This document shows, one piece after another, positions 36,674-47,989 of a DNA stretch of 57,676 nucleotides. Under the pieces are notes generated by a model. It was given only the letters and a program-made list of their open reading frames with translations. It ran no database searches and was not told where the DNA came from. The position numbers and the translations under genes were made by a program. The DNA is from a virus. Lineage: Duplodnaviria > Caudoviricetes. The DNA is taken from IMG/VR virus record IMGVR_UViG_3300037760_000045, positions 1 to 57,676 of that record; one strand, given 5' to 3'. How positions within the stretch are numbered: position 1 is the stretch's first letter; the number at the start of each line of letters is the position of its first letter.

Positions 36674-38108
36674 TACACACCGCAGATTGCTGGCTCTGCA
36701 CCTGGAAATCATTTTGGGGCGGAGCGGAGTCCGCAATCAATGCTGAGCAGTGGCACGTGTACACAAAGCACCGGGCTGTATGGCCCAGGATAACCGGTAG
36801 CGAGGAGGCGCCAAGATCTCCTGCGCCGCCACTGCGAGAACTGACGGAGGTGGTTTAAATGGGTAGCAAAATACCTTCTGGAGATCCGCCGCCATCCTGG
36901 GGCCGCCATCCTGGCGGGCGTTCTTGTGCGGGCATGATCGCAGTGACAGCAGTAATGCTCTTTCTTGTTGTATTCACTAGTTGCGGAGGAATCTAAAATG
37001 GAATGGCTAATTGTTGTAGTGCTGGTAATTATCGTTGCCTTTTTTATATTCTCAGGATTCCTAATCAGGGAAGCCGACAGAGTGAAGAATGGGCAGCCGA
37101 CAAAGCACATTCACAAGGTTGAGAACTTTCTGGAGAAGCGAGGCTGGTTTAACCCGTAAGGAGGAGCAACATGTTACTGGCATACTGCATGTGGGCCGCG
37201 ATGGTGATCATAAAGATCGCAATCATCTGCGTGTTCATATACATCGCAGCTAAGACAGGGGCGAGGCTGATATTGCTATGAGCTTCGGGGTCTACCAGTG
37301 TATCAATAAGGGGCATGAGCCGGGATGTAGCTATGTTGTAGATCCGCCAGAGGCGCTGGAGATCGAGTGCAAGATTATTGAGGCAGCGCCGATGTCGTGG
37401 GTCAAGGTAATTGACAACCATGTAGTCTTCGGCTCGCCTGAGCATGGCAGGGTCGTATACCTGCTTCGGGATTACGACAAGCGCAAACGGGTAGTAACCG
37501 GCGAGAGGATAGCGTGATGGAATTCGCATATGTGTTGATTGCTCTTCTTGTGTTTCCGGCCTGCTACACGCTCGTAAAGTATGCCTTTGAAAAGGTAGGA
37601 GTTAAGGAGACGGGGCAACGTTGCCGACATGAAAAGGTAGAGCCTGTTGAAAATCGCTGGCTAGGCGTTGTAGCGCAGATCTGTGTTATGTGTCTCAAGG
37701 AACTTCCTGCTGACTACAAGACGTGGGAGGCCAACGGTAAGGCTGCGATTGCATTACGTAAAGCGCCATGTCTCTGGCACCACGATCAAGCCCATATGCT
37801 AATTCTATTGAGATGGGCCAGACATGGGACAAGCGTAAGCCTGGAACGCCTTTCTTATGCCAGCCTCCGACATGAGCGCTGATCTCTTTGATGGCGAACT
37901 GCATGAGCTTGTGCCAGGGGTGGACTGGCAGGAGATCAATACTGAAGGCATGGAGCCGTCTGCGCAGAGGAGCTGCGCGGTAGCAGGGGGCTGGTCGGTG
38001 GTGGCGATTCAGCTTCAGGCTATATCAAGAGCGATCGGCGGTAAGCCCAACTGTTATCAGAAGGGCAAGCGATATTTTTTTCAGCACCAAAATCTAGAGG
38101 AGGAGTAA
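36670..38108 (+). CDS. Run of small ORFs, four with TM helices (36670-36858, 36859-36996, 36998-37159, 37171-37281, 37278-37517, 37514-37882, 37872-38108)
   Basis: Tightly packed or overlapping ORFs, most with RBSs. Confidence 0.6.
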
Positions 38109-38112
38109 ATGC

Positions 38113-38727
38113 ATGCTTATAACCCCGCATGTTGCAGATACCGAAGGTACCCGCTGGGATACCGGCTGCGAGGATGAGATTACGTGGTGGCCGCGAGTTA
38201 TGTGGGTAGATCCAGGGGTGGTATCAGGAGTGTCGATAGTCTGGTTCCACCCAGCCGCCCTCTACGCAGGCGTACCAACAACAAAATGTATTCTGGCGTG
38301 GTGGGAGAGCTACCTCAGGGGGCCAGAAGATGATCAGACGTGCCAGCTTATGGATATTGTGAATCAGATCGGAGGCCCATCAGGGTTAGCGATCGGAGTT
38401 GAGACATGGGTCATGCAGCAGATGAACCAGAGCCAGGATTTCCTCTCACCGGTACGGCTGCGAGCGAAAATCGAGTATGCGCTCTATAAAGGCCTGCGGG
38501 AGAATGACGGGCAGATCCGCCGCCGGACAATCCAGGGGCAGTCGGCTAGCGAGGCAAAGAACGCGATCAATGATCAGAGGCTCAAGCTTATGGGGATGTA
38601 TACCCCCGGCCCAGATCACGTACGAGATTCCACAAGGCACTGTGTCCTGTGGATACGGAAGCTAAGGAACAGAGGGACGGTTGCTTTTCGAGCGGCCCAC
38701 GGATGGGAGAAGGAGTGGTTTGAATGA
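38113..38727 (+). CDS. RuvC-like Holliday junction resolvase
   Basis: WVDPGVVSG, IGVE, QSASEAK, DHVRDSTRH. Confidence 0.75.
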   Translation: MLITPHVADTEGTRWDTGCEDEITWWPRVMWVDPGVVSGVSIVWFHPAALYAGVPTTKCILAWWESYLRGPEDDQTCQLMDIVNQIGGPSGLAIGVETWVMQQMNQSQDFLSPVRLRAKIEYALYKGLRENDGQIRRRTIQGQSASEAKNAINDQRLKLMGMYTPGPDHVRDSTRHCVLWIRKLRNRGTVAFRAAHGWEKEWFE

Positions 38728-39512
38728 AGACTACAGAACGAGCTATTCAGGCTATCAACCTGGTATTCGCTACCAGAGGTGGAACAGATGGACTGAATAG
38801 CAGAGAACGTCTTGAACTCGCCAACGTCGCCGTGACGGCCCTTGAGCAAGAGGGGATCATTAGCGATGAGGCAGACGTCGATATTGAGTACGGTGTGGCA
38901 TACCGGGATGGGGAGGTTGTAGCATATGAAGATCACGAGTGGGTGTGCTCTGGAAGGCCTCTGATCGAGCAGGAGAATGCGGTAGGTATCCGGTACCGCA
39001 TTGTGATGACGCAGGAAGGGCAGTGGCATGAGATTGAGCCAATGGAGCACGCCGTTGTAGAGCTTTCTACGGGGCGACGGGGTAACGGCCCACAGGATGG
39101 GCGCGAGGTTCTTAGGGGCGAACCTCGGCCGTTTGAGCTAGTACGTAGCGAGGATGTCTCAGGGGTAAGCGGCACCGGCGTGATCGCGCACGGGGTGGAG
39201 TGGCAGGATGGCACTGTAGCTATCCGGTGGCTGGGGGAGCGAGCGTCTACCGTTATCTGGAACTCGCTTGACGATGCGATGAGAATCCACGGTCACGAGG
39301 GCAGGACTCATTACAGGTATATCGGAGACGATGACGTCCTGCCTGAGCAGGCGGTCCTGGAGGTAATTGGCGAGCTAGATACTGAGGCGGCTAATAGCAA
39401 AGATGGCTCTGCGCGGTTCGCGTACAGGGCTGCGGCTGAGATGTTGCGGAAGGCTCTTGGTGTAACGCACGATGACCCGAAATTTGAACACACATTGGAG
39501 GATCTACTGTGA
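38724..39512 (+). CDS. Hypothetical multi-domain protein
   Basis: Contains FELVRSEDVSGVSGTGVIAHGVEWQDGTVAIRW...HGHEGRT, which I recognise as a recurring actinophage module. Confidence 0.7.
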   Translation: MKTTERAIQAINLVFATRGGTDGLNSRERLELANVAVTALEQEGIISDEADVDIEYGVAYRDGEVVAYEDHEWVCSGRPLIEQENAVGIRYRIVMTQEGQWHEIEPMEHAVVELSTGRRGNGPQDGREVLRGEPRPFELVRSEDVSGVSGTGVIAHGVEWQDGTVAIRWLGERASTVIWNSLDDAMRIHGHEGRTHYRYIGDDDVLPEQAVLEVIGELDTEAANSKDGSARFAYRAAAEMLRKALGVTHDDPKFEHTLEDLL

Positions 39513-41148
39513 TGATAAAGCTGATCGCAGATGTGATCTCGGCGCATAAGATGATCGTCAAGAAGTACAAGCTAGGCATTGGCCCCGCAGAGGAGCTGGC
39601 CTGCAGCGGCTGCCAATTTGAGGCAGAGGGTACTAATGCTGAGATCCTAAGGCGGGAATGGGATGCTCATCTAGCCAAGAAGATTGTGGAGATCTTTGAT
39701 GCACAGCTGGAGTCTGAGGCGAAGTTCTTTACCGCAGGTGCGGGGGACGACAAGAATTCGCCTGATGTCGAAGCGTGCCTAGCCTCGTGGGGCGGCTGTG
39801 ATGAGACCCACCACAACAAACATGAATGCCACAGGGATCGCGACCACGATGGGCAACGGCATCAATGCTTGTGCGGTGTGACGGCAATAACGGAGGTGCG
39901 CGATGAGTGAGATGTACGAGAAAGACGTTGTAGAGGTGTTGACTGCTCACCCGCGCATGGATATCGGTTCCTGCTTGTGCGGGTGGAGCGCTGGTTCCTT
40001 GTTCACATCACACCCTGTCCATGTAGCTGAAATGCTTGCCAGCGCCGGTCTCATCCCCGAAGGCGAGGTCGAGACCACCATCGAGTGGGGCGTCCAGGCT
40101 GATAGCGGCAACGTCGTTTTCTCCAAGGTCTGGGCCCGGTCGGATGCCGAGGCAGTCGCCGCATCTTGGAAGAGCCTCGATCCTTTGCGGTCTGCGACCG
40201 TCGTCAATCGCACCGCGACCACGCACCACACACCGTGGCAGCCAGTCGACAACTCCGGAAGTGAGGCGTGCGATGGATGAGATGTCATATCCAGAATGGC
40301 TGCGGGAGGCGTGTGTAGTGACGTTGCTTTTTGTGGTTACCCGCTCCGCTGTGTTGCTGTATTCGATACGAGAGAAGGTAAGAAAGTGAATATGCGGAAA
40401 CCCTGGAGAGTCGGACGGAAGCTGAAACGCACGTTGTACCTGCAGATTGGCGAGGAGCCTAGTGATTCTGATACTTATCTCGGAATGATGGAGACGCCAG
40501 AGTTAGCTGCGAGGGTAGTCAACGCCATTAACAGAATCAACCGTACTGCAGAGGATACGCGATCTCGTTTAATGGCCGATGAAGAAATCACCGTTTCGCG
40601 ACGTTTATTAGCCGATTTGCAGAATGCACGGGATGCCGCAGTTGAACAGATGCAGGATGCGCTATCTGACCTGCAGGAGGAGCGAGCTAAGCATAAAGAG
40701 ACCCTTAGCCAGCGCCGCGCTCTCGCTAAGGGCTATGATGAGATGTTGCGGGAACGGGACGCTGCGCGGGCATCTCTGGACGCGGTGCGCGGTCTAGCGG
40801 AGCAGGTAATAGAGATGCATAAACACCGGGTTTCCATGGTTCCTTCCATGGTTCCTCCACGTGAATATGCACACTGGCCTATGTGCTATCTGATACACGC
40901 TCGGTGTCTCGCGGCGCGGGCGCTGGAGACTCTAGAAGGAGGTAGGCAAGATGGTGAAAGTGGAGGAGCTACGGGCGGAGTTTCTGCGGCTCCTGACGGA
41001 GGATAGCGAGACCAGAGACCGACGCCGCAAAGAGTTCAACCAGGCTATTTTTGCGCCAGTAGCTGAGGGTGGATGGGCCGTATTTAACGGTACAAACCTA
41101 GATATGGTCATGGAGAAGTTTGATCGGGCGGTGAAAAATACGTGTTAG
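39509..41148 (+). CDS. Run of hypothetical proteins (39509-39910, 39903-40280, 40273-40389, 40392-41006, 40951-41148)
   Basis: Overlapping ORFs with RBSs; Cys/His motifs and a coiled coil. Confidence 0.6.
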
Positions 41149-41578
41149 TGAACGGGGTCTCACGGGCTAAAAGCGGCTCACGGGTGTGGTTCCTGTGTAC
41201 CGGTTTTGTGGCGCTCTATGGCAGAAGTGGCCTAATTGTCTCTGAAAAATGCGCGGGAAGCGTGCTTTGCACGCTGGTTCCTGAGCTGAAACCGCTCTTT
41301 ATTCCTGTCGCTGAGGAGGTAATTCTGCATGCGAAATGGGGTGATGCTGTGTCATGGCAACTGCGAAGCGAGGAAAATTCTGGCTTTGAGGTGTTCTCGA
41401 ATTGCAGAATTCTGGTGCCGATGGGTGGCGTTTTTGAGGTTGATTTCATGCCCGCGCTCGATCGAATTATTCAGTAGGGAGGGCGAAATTTCTAGGAATG
41501 GTTTTCCGACCAGGGGAAACGTAGAAAAAGAGCCGCCCCCGCCCGGTCGGGGAGGGCGTAGTAAGAAAAACGTGGATA

Positions 41579-41722
41579 TAGGTGTTTAAGATGTTTGGAT
41601 AGATGTTTCGACTTCTCAGATAGGTGTTTATAGGTGTTTCGCTGTATTACAAACATCTATAACACCTATCAGAATGCAATTAAACATCTATTCAAACACA
41701 CACAAACATCTATCAATATCTA
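41579..41722. repeat. Palindromic octamer array 2, same architecture as array 1
   Basis: Forward copies at 41579, 41588 (degenerate), 41600, 41621, 41631; reverse copies at 41652, 41661, 41683, 41695 (degenerate), 41705, plus a weak sixth at 41715. Confidence 0.85.
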
Positions 41723-41848
41723 TATCTCTCTTTTTTGTGCCTAGAGTTAGTAGTAGTAGAGGGCGGCTCTTAACGTATACGCGTACGCGAGACTCACAAT
41801 TGTCTGCAATTTGAGTGAGTTCAAAGCCTGATTGAGAGGAGATTGAAA

Positions 41849-43955
41849 ATGCAAGAGGCTGAATTACAGATGATAAGCAAGAGGCTGAAGTCTGTAGTCA
41901 ATAAGATTGAATGGCGAGAGGATGCCATTAAGATATCGCAGGAGAAACTTGAGAGGCTGAAGCGGGAAAGGGCAGAGCTTGAGGAGAAGCTTGTTGAGCG
42001 TGATAAGGAAAAGCGAGAACGGTTACAGAAATACCAGGTGTAGAGATGGTCGCGGTAAGGGCGGGGTATAATTCTAATATCGATTGTGTGAAGAGGAATT
42101 CGTGCAGGGAGAAGCCAGTAGTCCGGCAATGGTATCTGGGCTGTGGTAAACAATGTATTGGGCATGCCGTTTGCAGGAAGCACCGGCAGGAGGGGGTCAT
42201 GGTGGTTGCTGAACGGAATGTCTGGGATAAGTCGAGAGGTGTTGTGGGATAGATGGAATGGCTTAAGAGCTTGCTGAAGAAAATGGTATCTCTGGATGCC
42301 ACGCGTTCCGAGGCTTACTGGCAGGGCTATGCCGATGCGGCAAGGGAGACCGCAGAGTGGATGGGATGGAGGCCGCAAGAAGATGCCAAAGGTGATTAAG
42401 CAAATGGAAGCGGTGTTTGAGCCGTATGCCGAATGCGCCAAAGAGGAATGCGGGTGGAACGCTGGATCTTCGGCTACGGCTCGTGAACAGGCCAAGGTGC
42501 ATGTGAGGGCGACTGGGCATCATGTCCGTGTGGTAATTGAGAAGGTCGCGTTATGGGCGCCAGGTCCAGAAGTGGGCGTTTCAATAGCTAGCAGTGATAG
42601 CCAATGACGCCATCTCTGTATGAGAAGATGTTCCGGACTAGGGCGCGTGGGAAAGGGCGGCCACCGGGTGGCGATGTGATCTTCCCGATACGTGAGAAGG
42701 AGCATAAGGATCTGGCGCAGCTCGCGAGGCAGAGGGCGTTTGCGATTGTGCTGGAGGAGAACAAGGATCGGCTGAGTGAGCTGTTTGAGTCAGAGTACAA
42801 GGTTCTGGAAAGGCAGAGGCGACGTGAGGCTAACTAGGGCACGGCTACAGAGAACCACTGAGCGGAAGATACTTCTGAATGCTGTTGGCTATGAGTTGTA
42901 TAGCGACGATGGCCGGGAGAAGCTTTTGGAGTGGAGAGCGCTTATGGGCTGGCAGCTAGGTGAGAAGTTCTGGGGAGAAGAATCCTGATGCTGCCAAGGT
43001 GTAGCTCTTGTGAAGAGCCAATGGAGCTTGTGACGGTTGTCTATGAGCACGGGATACAGCAGGAATACCTATGCAGGAATGAGGAGTGTAATGCTTGAGG
43101 ACAAACTTAGCCATGATGAGCGGTTACGGCTAGAGTGCGTGGCGCAGGCTGTGAACTTCAAGGGGGTCATGCAGACGGCTGGTATTGGAGGGGGCAAGAC
43201 AGTTATTGAACTTGCGAAAGACTTTGAGAAGTATGTGAAAGGTGGCCCACGGGTAACCGTCAATGTTGAGCCGGGAAGTGGGCTGCGGATATGAGCAGGC
43301 GCACACGGCTCAAGAAAGCCACAAGGCATAACCAGTACTACTGGAAGAATGGTACTGGTGATGTGCGCGAATCGCTGCAGGTTGATATTGCGGACCTGCT
43401 GCCGTCGCGGGGTGAGCAGAGGGGCCGGGCCATGACGGAGATCTCGGCGAGGTGGTTTAAGTCCCTGTCGCCAGCAGCGCAGGAGCTTCTACAAACACAG
43501 ATGCAGGAAAGGTTTGGGAGGCGGGCGAATGTTGGGAGAGATCCAGCGCAAACAAATGCAAGAGCAGCTTGAGTCTGTGTTTGCGAATGTTGGCTTAGAC
43601 CATGAGGAGCTGAGCGCAATGGCCGTCACGCTAGGCCTGGAAAGCCCTGCCCCTGATTGTGTTAGCTGTGAACAAGTTATGGTGTTCGTGGCGACGATTG
43701 AGCGGGATGTCAGCTCGCTAGGTGAGACTGAGATCTATGATGAGTACCAATGCCAGAAGTGCCATAGGATTGAGAGGTATTGATATGTCTGCTAGCGAGC
43801 GCCATTGGCCTGTCGCAGCGGAAGTGCCTAATGTTCCTGGGCCTGTAGGTGCATACCATTACAAGCAGGCAGGGATACCACTTCAGGAAACAAGAGTATG
43901 GCGACCTCCTTCGGTGAGAATGCAGTTGAGGTTGCGACGTCGGACTGGTAAGTAA
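41849..43955 (+). CDS. Run of small ORFs before the terminase genes (41849-42043, 42046-42252, 42253-42399, 42383-42607, 42604-42837, 42824-42988, 42988-43098, 43091-43294, 43291-43572, ~43530-43783, 43785-43955)
   Basis: Abutting or overlapping ORFs, several with CxxC motifs; some starts uncertain. Confidence 0.55.
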
Positions 43956-43987
43956 GTGACCTCTGATATCAATGAGCTGGTGCATAT

Positions 43988-44680
43988 ATGAGTCGTGGGA
44001 ATGGTCCTCCTTGTAAGAAATGCGGGGAGGTGCACGAGAGATGCGATGGGCATAGGCCACGTGATAGCAAGGCCTGTGGCATGTGGCCGATGAAGAATCA
44101 GGACCATTGCAGGAGGTGTGCGGGATCTCCAACTGCTAGGAAGAATGCGCAGCAGAAGGCAGACGCGGTTGTGGCTCGTGAGGAGGTAAGGAAAACACTG
44201 GGGACTCTTGGGACTGCGCCCACTGAGCATAATCTGGTTGAGGGTCTGCTGGAGGAGATCTACTGGTCTAAGACGCATGTGAATTTCTTACGACAGCAGG
44301 TCCAGGAGATTGAGCCGAATGCGTTAGTCTGGGGAGTGGTAGAGGTCTCCGATACGTCGGGTGAGAACTCCTCGTTTACCACAAAGGAGAAAGCGGGCTT
44401 GAATCAGTGGCTCCACCTCTACAACAATGAGCGGAAGGTCTATGGCGAGCTGTGCAGGAATGCGTTAGCGATCGGTATTGAGCAGCGGAAGATCGATGCT
44501 GTAAACCGGTATAGCGATCTTCTCGACTCAGCATTGCGTAGGATCTTGGACAGCCTGAGGGAAGGTCTCGTTGTGCAGGGTTTTGAAGAAGAGGATGTTA
44601 TTGAGGTCTGGGGCGAGCTTGTGGGGGAGGTAGTGCCCCGTGAGCTGTTGTCCCTGAAGAGTGAGGAGCGCGTAGACTAG
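43988..44680 (+). CDS. Probable terminase small subunit
   Basis: Immediately upstream of the large subunit; Cys-rich N-terminus followed by a helical region. Confidence 0.65.
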   Translation: MSRGNGPPCKKCGEVHERCDGHRPRDSKACGMWPMKNQDHCRRCAGSPTARKNAQQKADAVVAREEVRKTLGTLGTAPTEHNLVEGLLEEIYWSKTHVNFLRQQVQEIEPNALVWGVVEVSDTSGENSSFTTKEKAGLNQWLHLYNNERKVYGELCRNALAIGIEQRKIDAVNRYSDLLDSALRRILDSLREGLVVQGFEEEDVIEVWGELVGEVVPRELLSLKSEERVD

Positions 44681-44697
44681 CTGGGTATCCGGGGGAG

Positions 44698-44731
44698 AGG
44701 GCTGGAGGTCTGAGGATCTCCAGCCCTTTTT
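44698..44731 (+). terminator. Intrinsic terminator between the terminase genes
   Basis: AGGGCTGGAGGTC-TGAG-GATCTCCAGCCCT followed by TTTT. Confidence 0.75.
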
Positions 44732-44742
44732 GTGTATCCGGA

Positions 44743-44757
44743 TAGAATCTAGGCATG
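44743..44757 (+). promoter_or_regulatory. -10 box TAGAAT for a leaderless terminase-large mRNA
   Basis: TAGAAT at 44743-44748, 6 nt before ATG 44755; no SD. Confidence 0.6.
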
Positions 44758-46281
44758 TCGATCGATGCTGAGGTCCTGGACTCCTGGGTGGAGCGCTGGA
44801 AACCCAAGGGGCGGGGTGGGTATGAGACTCCTGGGGATCTCGCGAAGAGGCTGATGCCGGGCACTGTTCAGACCCCTGCTATGGACCTAATCGACTCAGC
44901 GATCATGAAGGCTTTCGCTACACCGGACAGCCGGACAATTATCACAATGCCGCCACAGGAGGGCAAGTCCACACGGGTAACGATCTGTGGAGCGTTATGG
45001 GCTCTTCAGCAGTGGCAGGATACCCCGATAGCGATAGCTTCCTATGACCAGAATCTCGCCAACGACTTTGGCCGGGCGATTCGTAACCACATCGTGGATA
45101 ACGCAGGCCAAGATGGGACGCTAGACCTTGGCCTGCGGATCGCCCCTGACAACGGAGCTGTAGCGAGCTGGAAGCTTTACCGGCATACCGGTGGAGTTCG
45201 GTCTGTGGGTATTGGTGCTGGGCTTACCGGGCGTCCAGCTGGAGCGCTGTTTATCGATGACCCGATCTCCAACATGGAGCAGGCTGAGTCAAGCAAGTAC
45301 CGGGAGCGAGCGTGGAAATGGTGGCTGTCTGTAGGGTCAACGCGTCTCGCTCCAGGATCTCCGGTGATTGTGATCCTGACTCGGTGGCATCATGACGACC
45401 TCGTGGGCCGTCTCCTCGCAGCTGAGGATGGGCACCTGTGGGATGTAATCAATATCCCAGCCCAGGCTGAGGACGATGACGATGTGCTCGGGAGAGAGCC
45501 AGGAGAGTTCTTAGAGAGCACACGTAAGCGAACCGTCGAGCAATGGCAGGCGATTAAGACCCGATCTGGGCCGTGGATCTGGAACTCGCTCTATCAGGGC
45601 AACCCAACGCCGCGCAAGGGCGGGATCTTCTGCGACGACTGGCCAGAGTATGAATGGCCAATGTGGATCGTGAGGCCTGATGGATCTCGCTGGATCCATG
45701 GGCTTAAATGGCCGGATATGGAGATGTGTCAGAGCTGGGACTTTACCTTCAAGGACACAAAGGCTACGGACTATGTTGTGGGCCAGGTCTGGCTGAGACA
45801 TGGGCCTAGTTGTTATCTTCTGTATCAGGTGCGAGATCGTATGAACTTCACCAAGAGCCTCCAGACAATGGAGGAGGTTACAGCGATGTGGCCGCAGGCG
45901 GTACAGAAGTTCATTGAGGATAAGGCGAACGGGCCAGCGGTTATCAACTCGCTCAATAAGAAGATCGCAGGCATTATCCCAATCGAACCCGAGGGGTCGA
46001 AGTACGCTAGGGCTCAAGCCGTCTCACCTTTCACGCATAGCGGGAATGTGATACTGCCCGCTCCCCTGACTGGAGACGGCGAGCCGTTCGCTCCATGGGT
46101 ACCTGAGTTTAAACAAGAAATGAGAGACTTCCCGAATGGATCGCATGACGATCAGGTAGATACTTTCTCTCAGGCGATCAATAGATTGCTGCTAGTGCCG
46201 ATGCTGAGTGAGGACGACACATACCAGCCAGAGGAGTTCGATGAGATGGATGCGAGAGGATGGGCTATCAGCCCGGTGTGA
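44755..46281 (+). CDS. Terminase large subunit
   Basis: MPPQEGKS, FIDDP, LTRWHHDD, QSWD, IEDKANG, HDDQVD. Confidence 0.95.
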   Translation: MSIDAEVLDSWVERWKPKGRGGYETPGDLAKRLMPGTVQTPAMDLIDSAIMKAFATPDSRTIITMPPQEGKSTRVTICGALWALQQWQDTPIAIASYDQNLANDFGRAIRNHIVDNAGQDGTLDLGLRIAPDNGAVASWKLYRHTGGVRSVGIGAGLTGRPAGALFIDDPISNMEQAESSKYRERAWKWWLSVGSTRLAPGSPVIVILTRWHHDDLVGRLLAAEDGHLWDVINIPAQAEDDDDVLGREPGEFLESTRKRTVEQWQAIKTRSGPWIWNSLYQGNPTPRKGGIFCDDWPEYEWPMWIVRPDGSRWIHGLKWPDMEMCQSWDFTFKDTKATDYVVGQVWLRHGPSCYLLYQVRDRMNFTKSLQTMEEVTAMWPQAVQKFIEDKANGPAVINSLNKKIAGIIPIEPEGSKYARAQAVSPFTHSGNVILPAPLTGDGEPFAPWVPEFKQEMRDFPNGSHDDQVDTFSQAINRLLLVPMLSEDDTYQPEEFDEMDARGWAISPV

Positions 46282-46283
46282 CA

Positions 46284-47900
46284 ATGTCCATACTGAATGC
46301 GATCCGAATTAGCGAGTCTCAGATCGAGACGAGAGAGGCTGAGATCGGTAGCCTGCGGGAAGAGCTAACCGCTGAGAAGGAAACCAATATCTGGCTTCAG
46401 GAGGGCATGGCAGATCTTGAGTTAGCCCTGGAGGATGCGGGCTGGGAGCGGCTAACCGCTGCGGTCAATGAGGAGTTCTCTCGCAATGGCCTAGGTGTCG
46501 CAGCGAAGATCTGCCGTGTTCTCGCAGTCGGCAACCCTCTGATCAAGCGTGGCTTGAATATCAGGCAGGCCTATGTGTTCGGAGGAGGAGTTCAGATTGA
46601 GGCGAGGGATGAGGTCGTCCAAGAGGTCGTGAAGAAGTTCCTCAGCGACCCTTCCAATACCAACAGCCTCACAGGATCAACGGCACAGGAGGAGCTGGAG
46701 CGCTCACTAGGAACGGACGGCAATGTGTTCCTGGCGTGCTTCACGACTCCCAAGACCGGGCGCGTGGAGGTGCGGAGCTTCCCGTTCCTGGAGATAGAAG
46801 ACATCATCACCAACCCGGAAGATCGCGATGAGGCGTGGTTCTATAAGCGCTCGTGGACACAGCGGTCCCTTGATGCGAGCGGCAACATCAGAACCGACTA
46901 CAAGGTTGCATATTATCCAGATATCAGGTACCAGCCAGCGCGGGGTAACCGGCTGAAGAGGATTGATGGGCATCCTGTGATCTGGACAGCGCCGATCTAC
47001 CATGTCCCAGTGAACCGGCTGGACGGCTGGAAGTTCGGGATTGGCGATGCGTTCGCGGCGATCTCCTGGGCTCGTGCCTACAAGGAGTTCCTAGAGGATT
47101 GGGCAGTTCTAGTCAAGGCGCTATCACGCTTTGCATGGAAGGCGCAGAGCAAGAAGTCTTCAGCGGCTGAGAAGATGCGCGACAAGCTGCGGCAAAAGGC
47201 CCCATTGGATCCGCAGACGCGCCAGCCGAATGACATCGGTGCTACTGCGGTCATGAGCGGCGAGACATCGTTTGAGGCGATTCCGAAGACAGGCGCGGTT
47301 ATCGATAGCGACTCTGGCAAGCCGTTGGCTGCTATGGTTGCGAGCGCCCTAGAGATCTCTCTTGTGATCCTTCTGACTGATCCTGGATCGACGGGGGCGC
47401 GGGCCGTAGCAGAGACACTAGATCAGCCGATGATCCTGGCTATGGGGAAGCGACGTCGGCTCTGGCAGGAGGCGCTGGAAGCGATTCTCAACTATGTCAT
47501 CGACGCTAATGTGCGGGCGGGCCGTTTAGCAGGGACGGAGATGTTTGATACAGATACGCGGCGTAACTCTGTCACCCTTCCAGAGGACATGGAGCGGACG
47601 CTGGAGTTCACATGGCCAGAGCTGGAGAGCGAGAGCGTCAAAGATCGCGTTGAGTCGCTAGTTGCTGCTGATTCAACAGGGAAGATCCCTCCACACATTA
47701 TGCTGAGGCTCATGCTTCAGGCTCTGGGAGTTGAGGACGTAGACGAGATCGTGAAGGAGATGACGGACGATCAGGGGAACTTCCGTGATCCAGAGCTCCA
47801 GCGGACGCTAGACGCCGTGCGCCGATTCCGGCAGGGTGAACAGAACGAGCCAGGCCTATCAGGCAACGAACCGCCAGAACCACCAGTGGAGGAAGAATGA
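46284..47900 (+). CDS. Portal protein
   Basis: Follows terminase large; ~540 aa; NPLIKRGL, DGNVFL, FTWPEL. Confidence 0.85.
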   Translation: MSILNAIRISESQIETREAEIGSLREELTAEKETNIWLQEGMADLELALEDAGWERLTAAVNEEFSRNGLGVAAKICRVLAVGNPLIKRGLNIRQAYVFGGGVQIEARDEVVQEVVKKFLSDPSNTNSLTGSTAQEELERSLGTDGNVFLACFTTPKTGRVEVRSFPFLEIEDIITNPEDRDEAWFYKRSWTQRSLDASGNIRTDYKVAYYPDIRYQPARGNRLKRIDGHPVIWTAPIYHVPVNRLDGWKFGIGDAFAAISWARAYKEFLEDWAVLVKALSRFAWKAQSKKSSAAEKMRDKLRQKAPLDPQTRQPNDIGATAVMSGETSFEAIPKTGAVIDSDSGKPLAAMVASALEISLVILLTDPGSTGARAVAETLDQPMILAMGKRRRLWQEALEAILNYVIDANVRAGRLAGTEMFDTDTRRNSVTLPEDMERTLEFTWPELESESVKDRVESLVAADSTGKIPPHIMLRLMLQALGVEDVDEIVKEMTDDQGNFRDPELQRTLDAVRRFRQGEQNEPGLSGNEPPEPPVEEE

Positions 47901-47989
47901 GCGAGGAAGAGAAAGTACCAGAGGTCCAGTCCAGCATCAACATCAAGATCAACCCAAAGGCAGAAGAGGACGGTAACGACGATGACTGA
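47897..47989 (+). CDS. 30-aa acidic peptide carrying one copy of the downstream repeat motif
   Basis: ATGA overlap, GGAGG RBS; MSEEEKVPEVQSSINIKINPKAEEDGNDDD*. Confidence 0.55.
   Translation: MSEEEKVPEVQSSINIKINPKAEEDGNDDD

Noticed and set aside
40832-40856. 12-nt tandem duplication (SMVP-SMVP), and 21-nt repeats near 36561-36598
   Set aside because: In-frame micro-duplications explained by slippage or heptad coding; no sign of a separate function
41142-41477. 111-aa ORF
   Set aside because: No RBS or motif and atypical composition; probably part of the non-coding region before array 2, though not excluded
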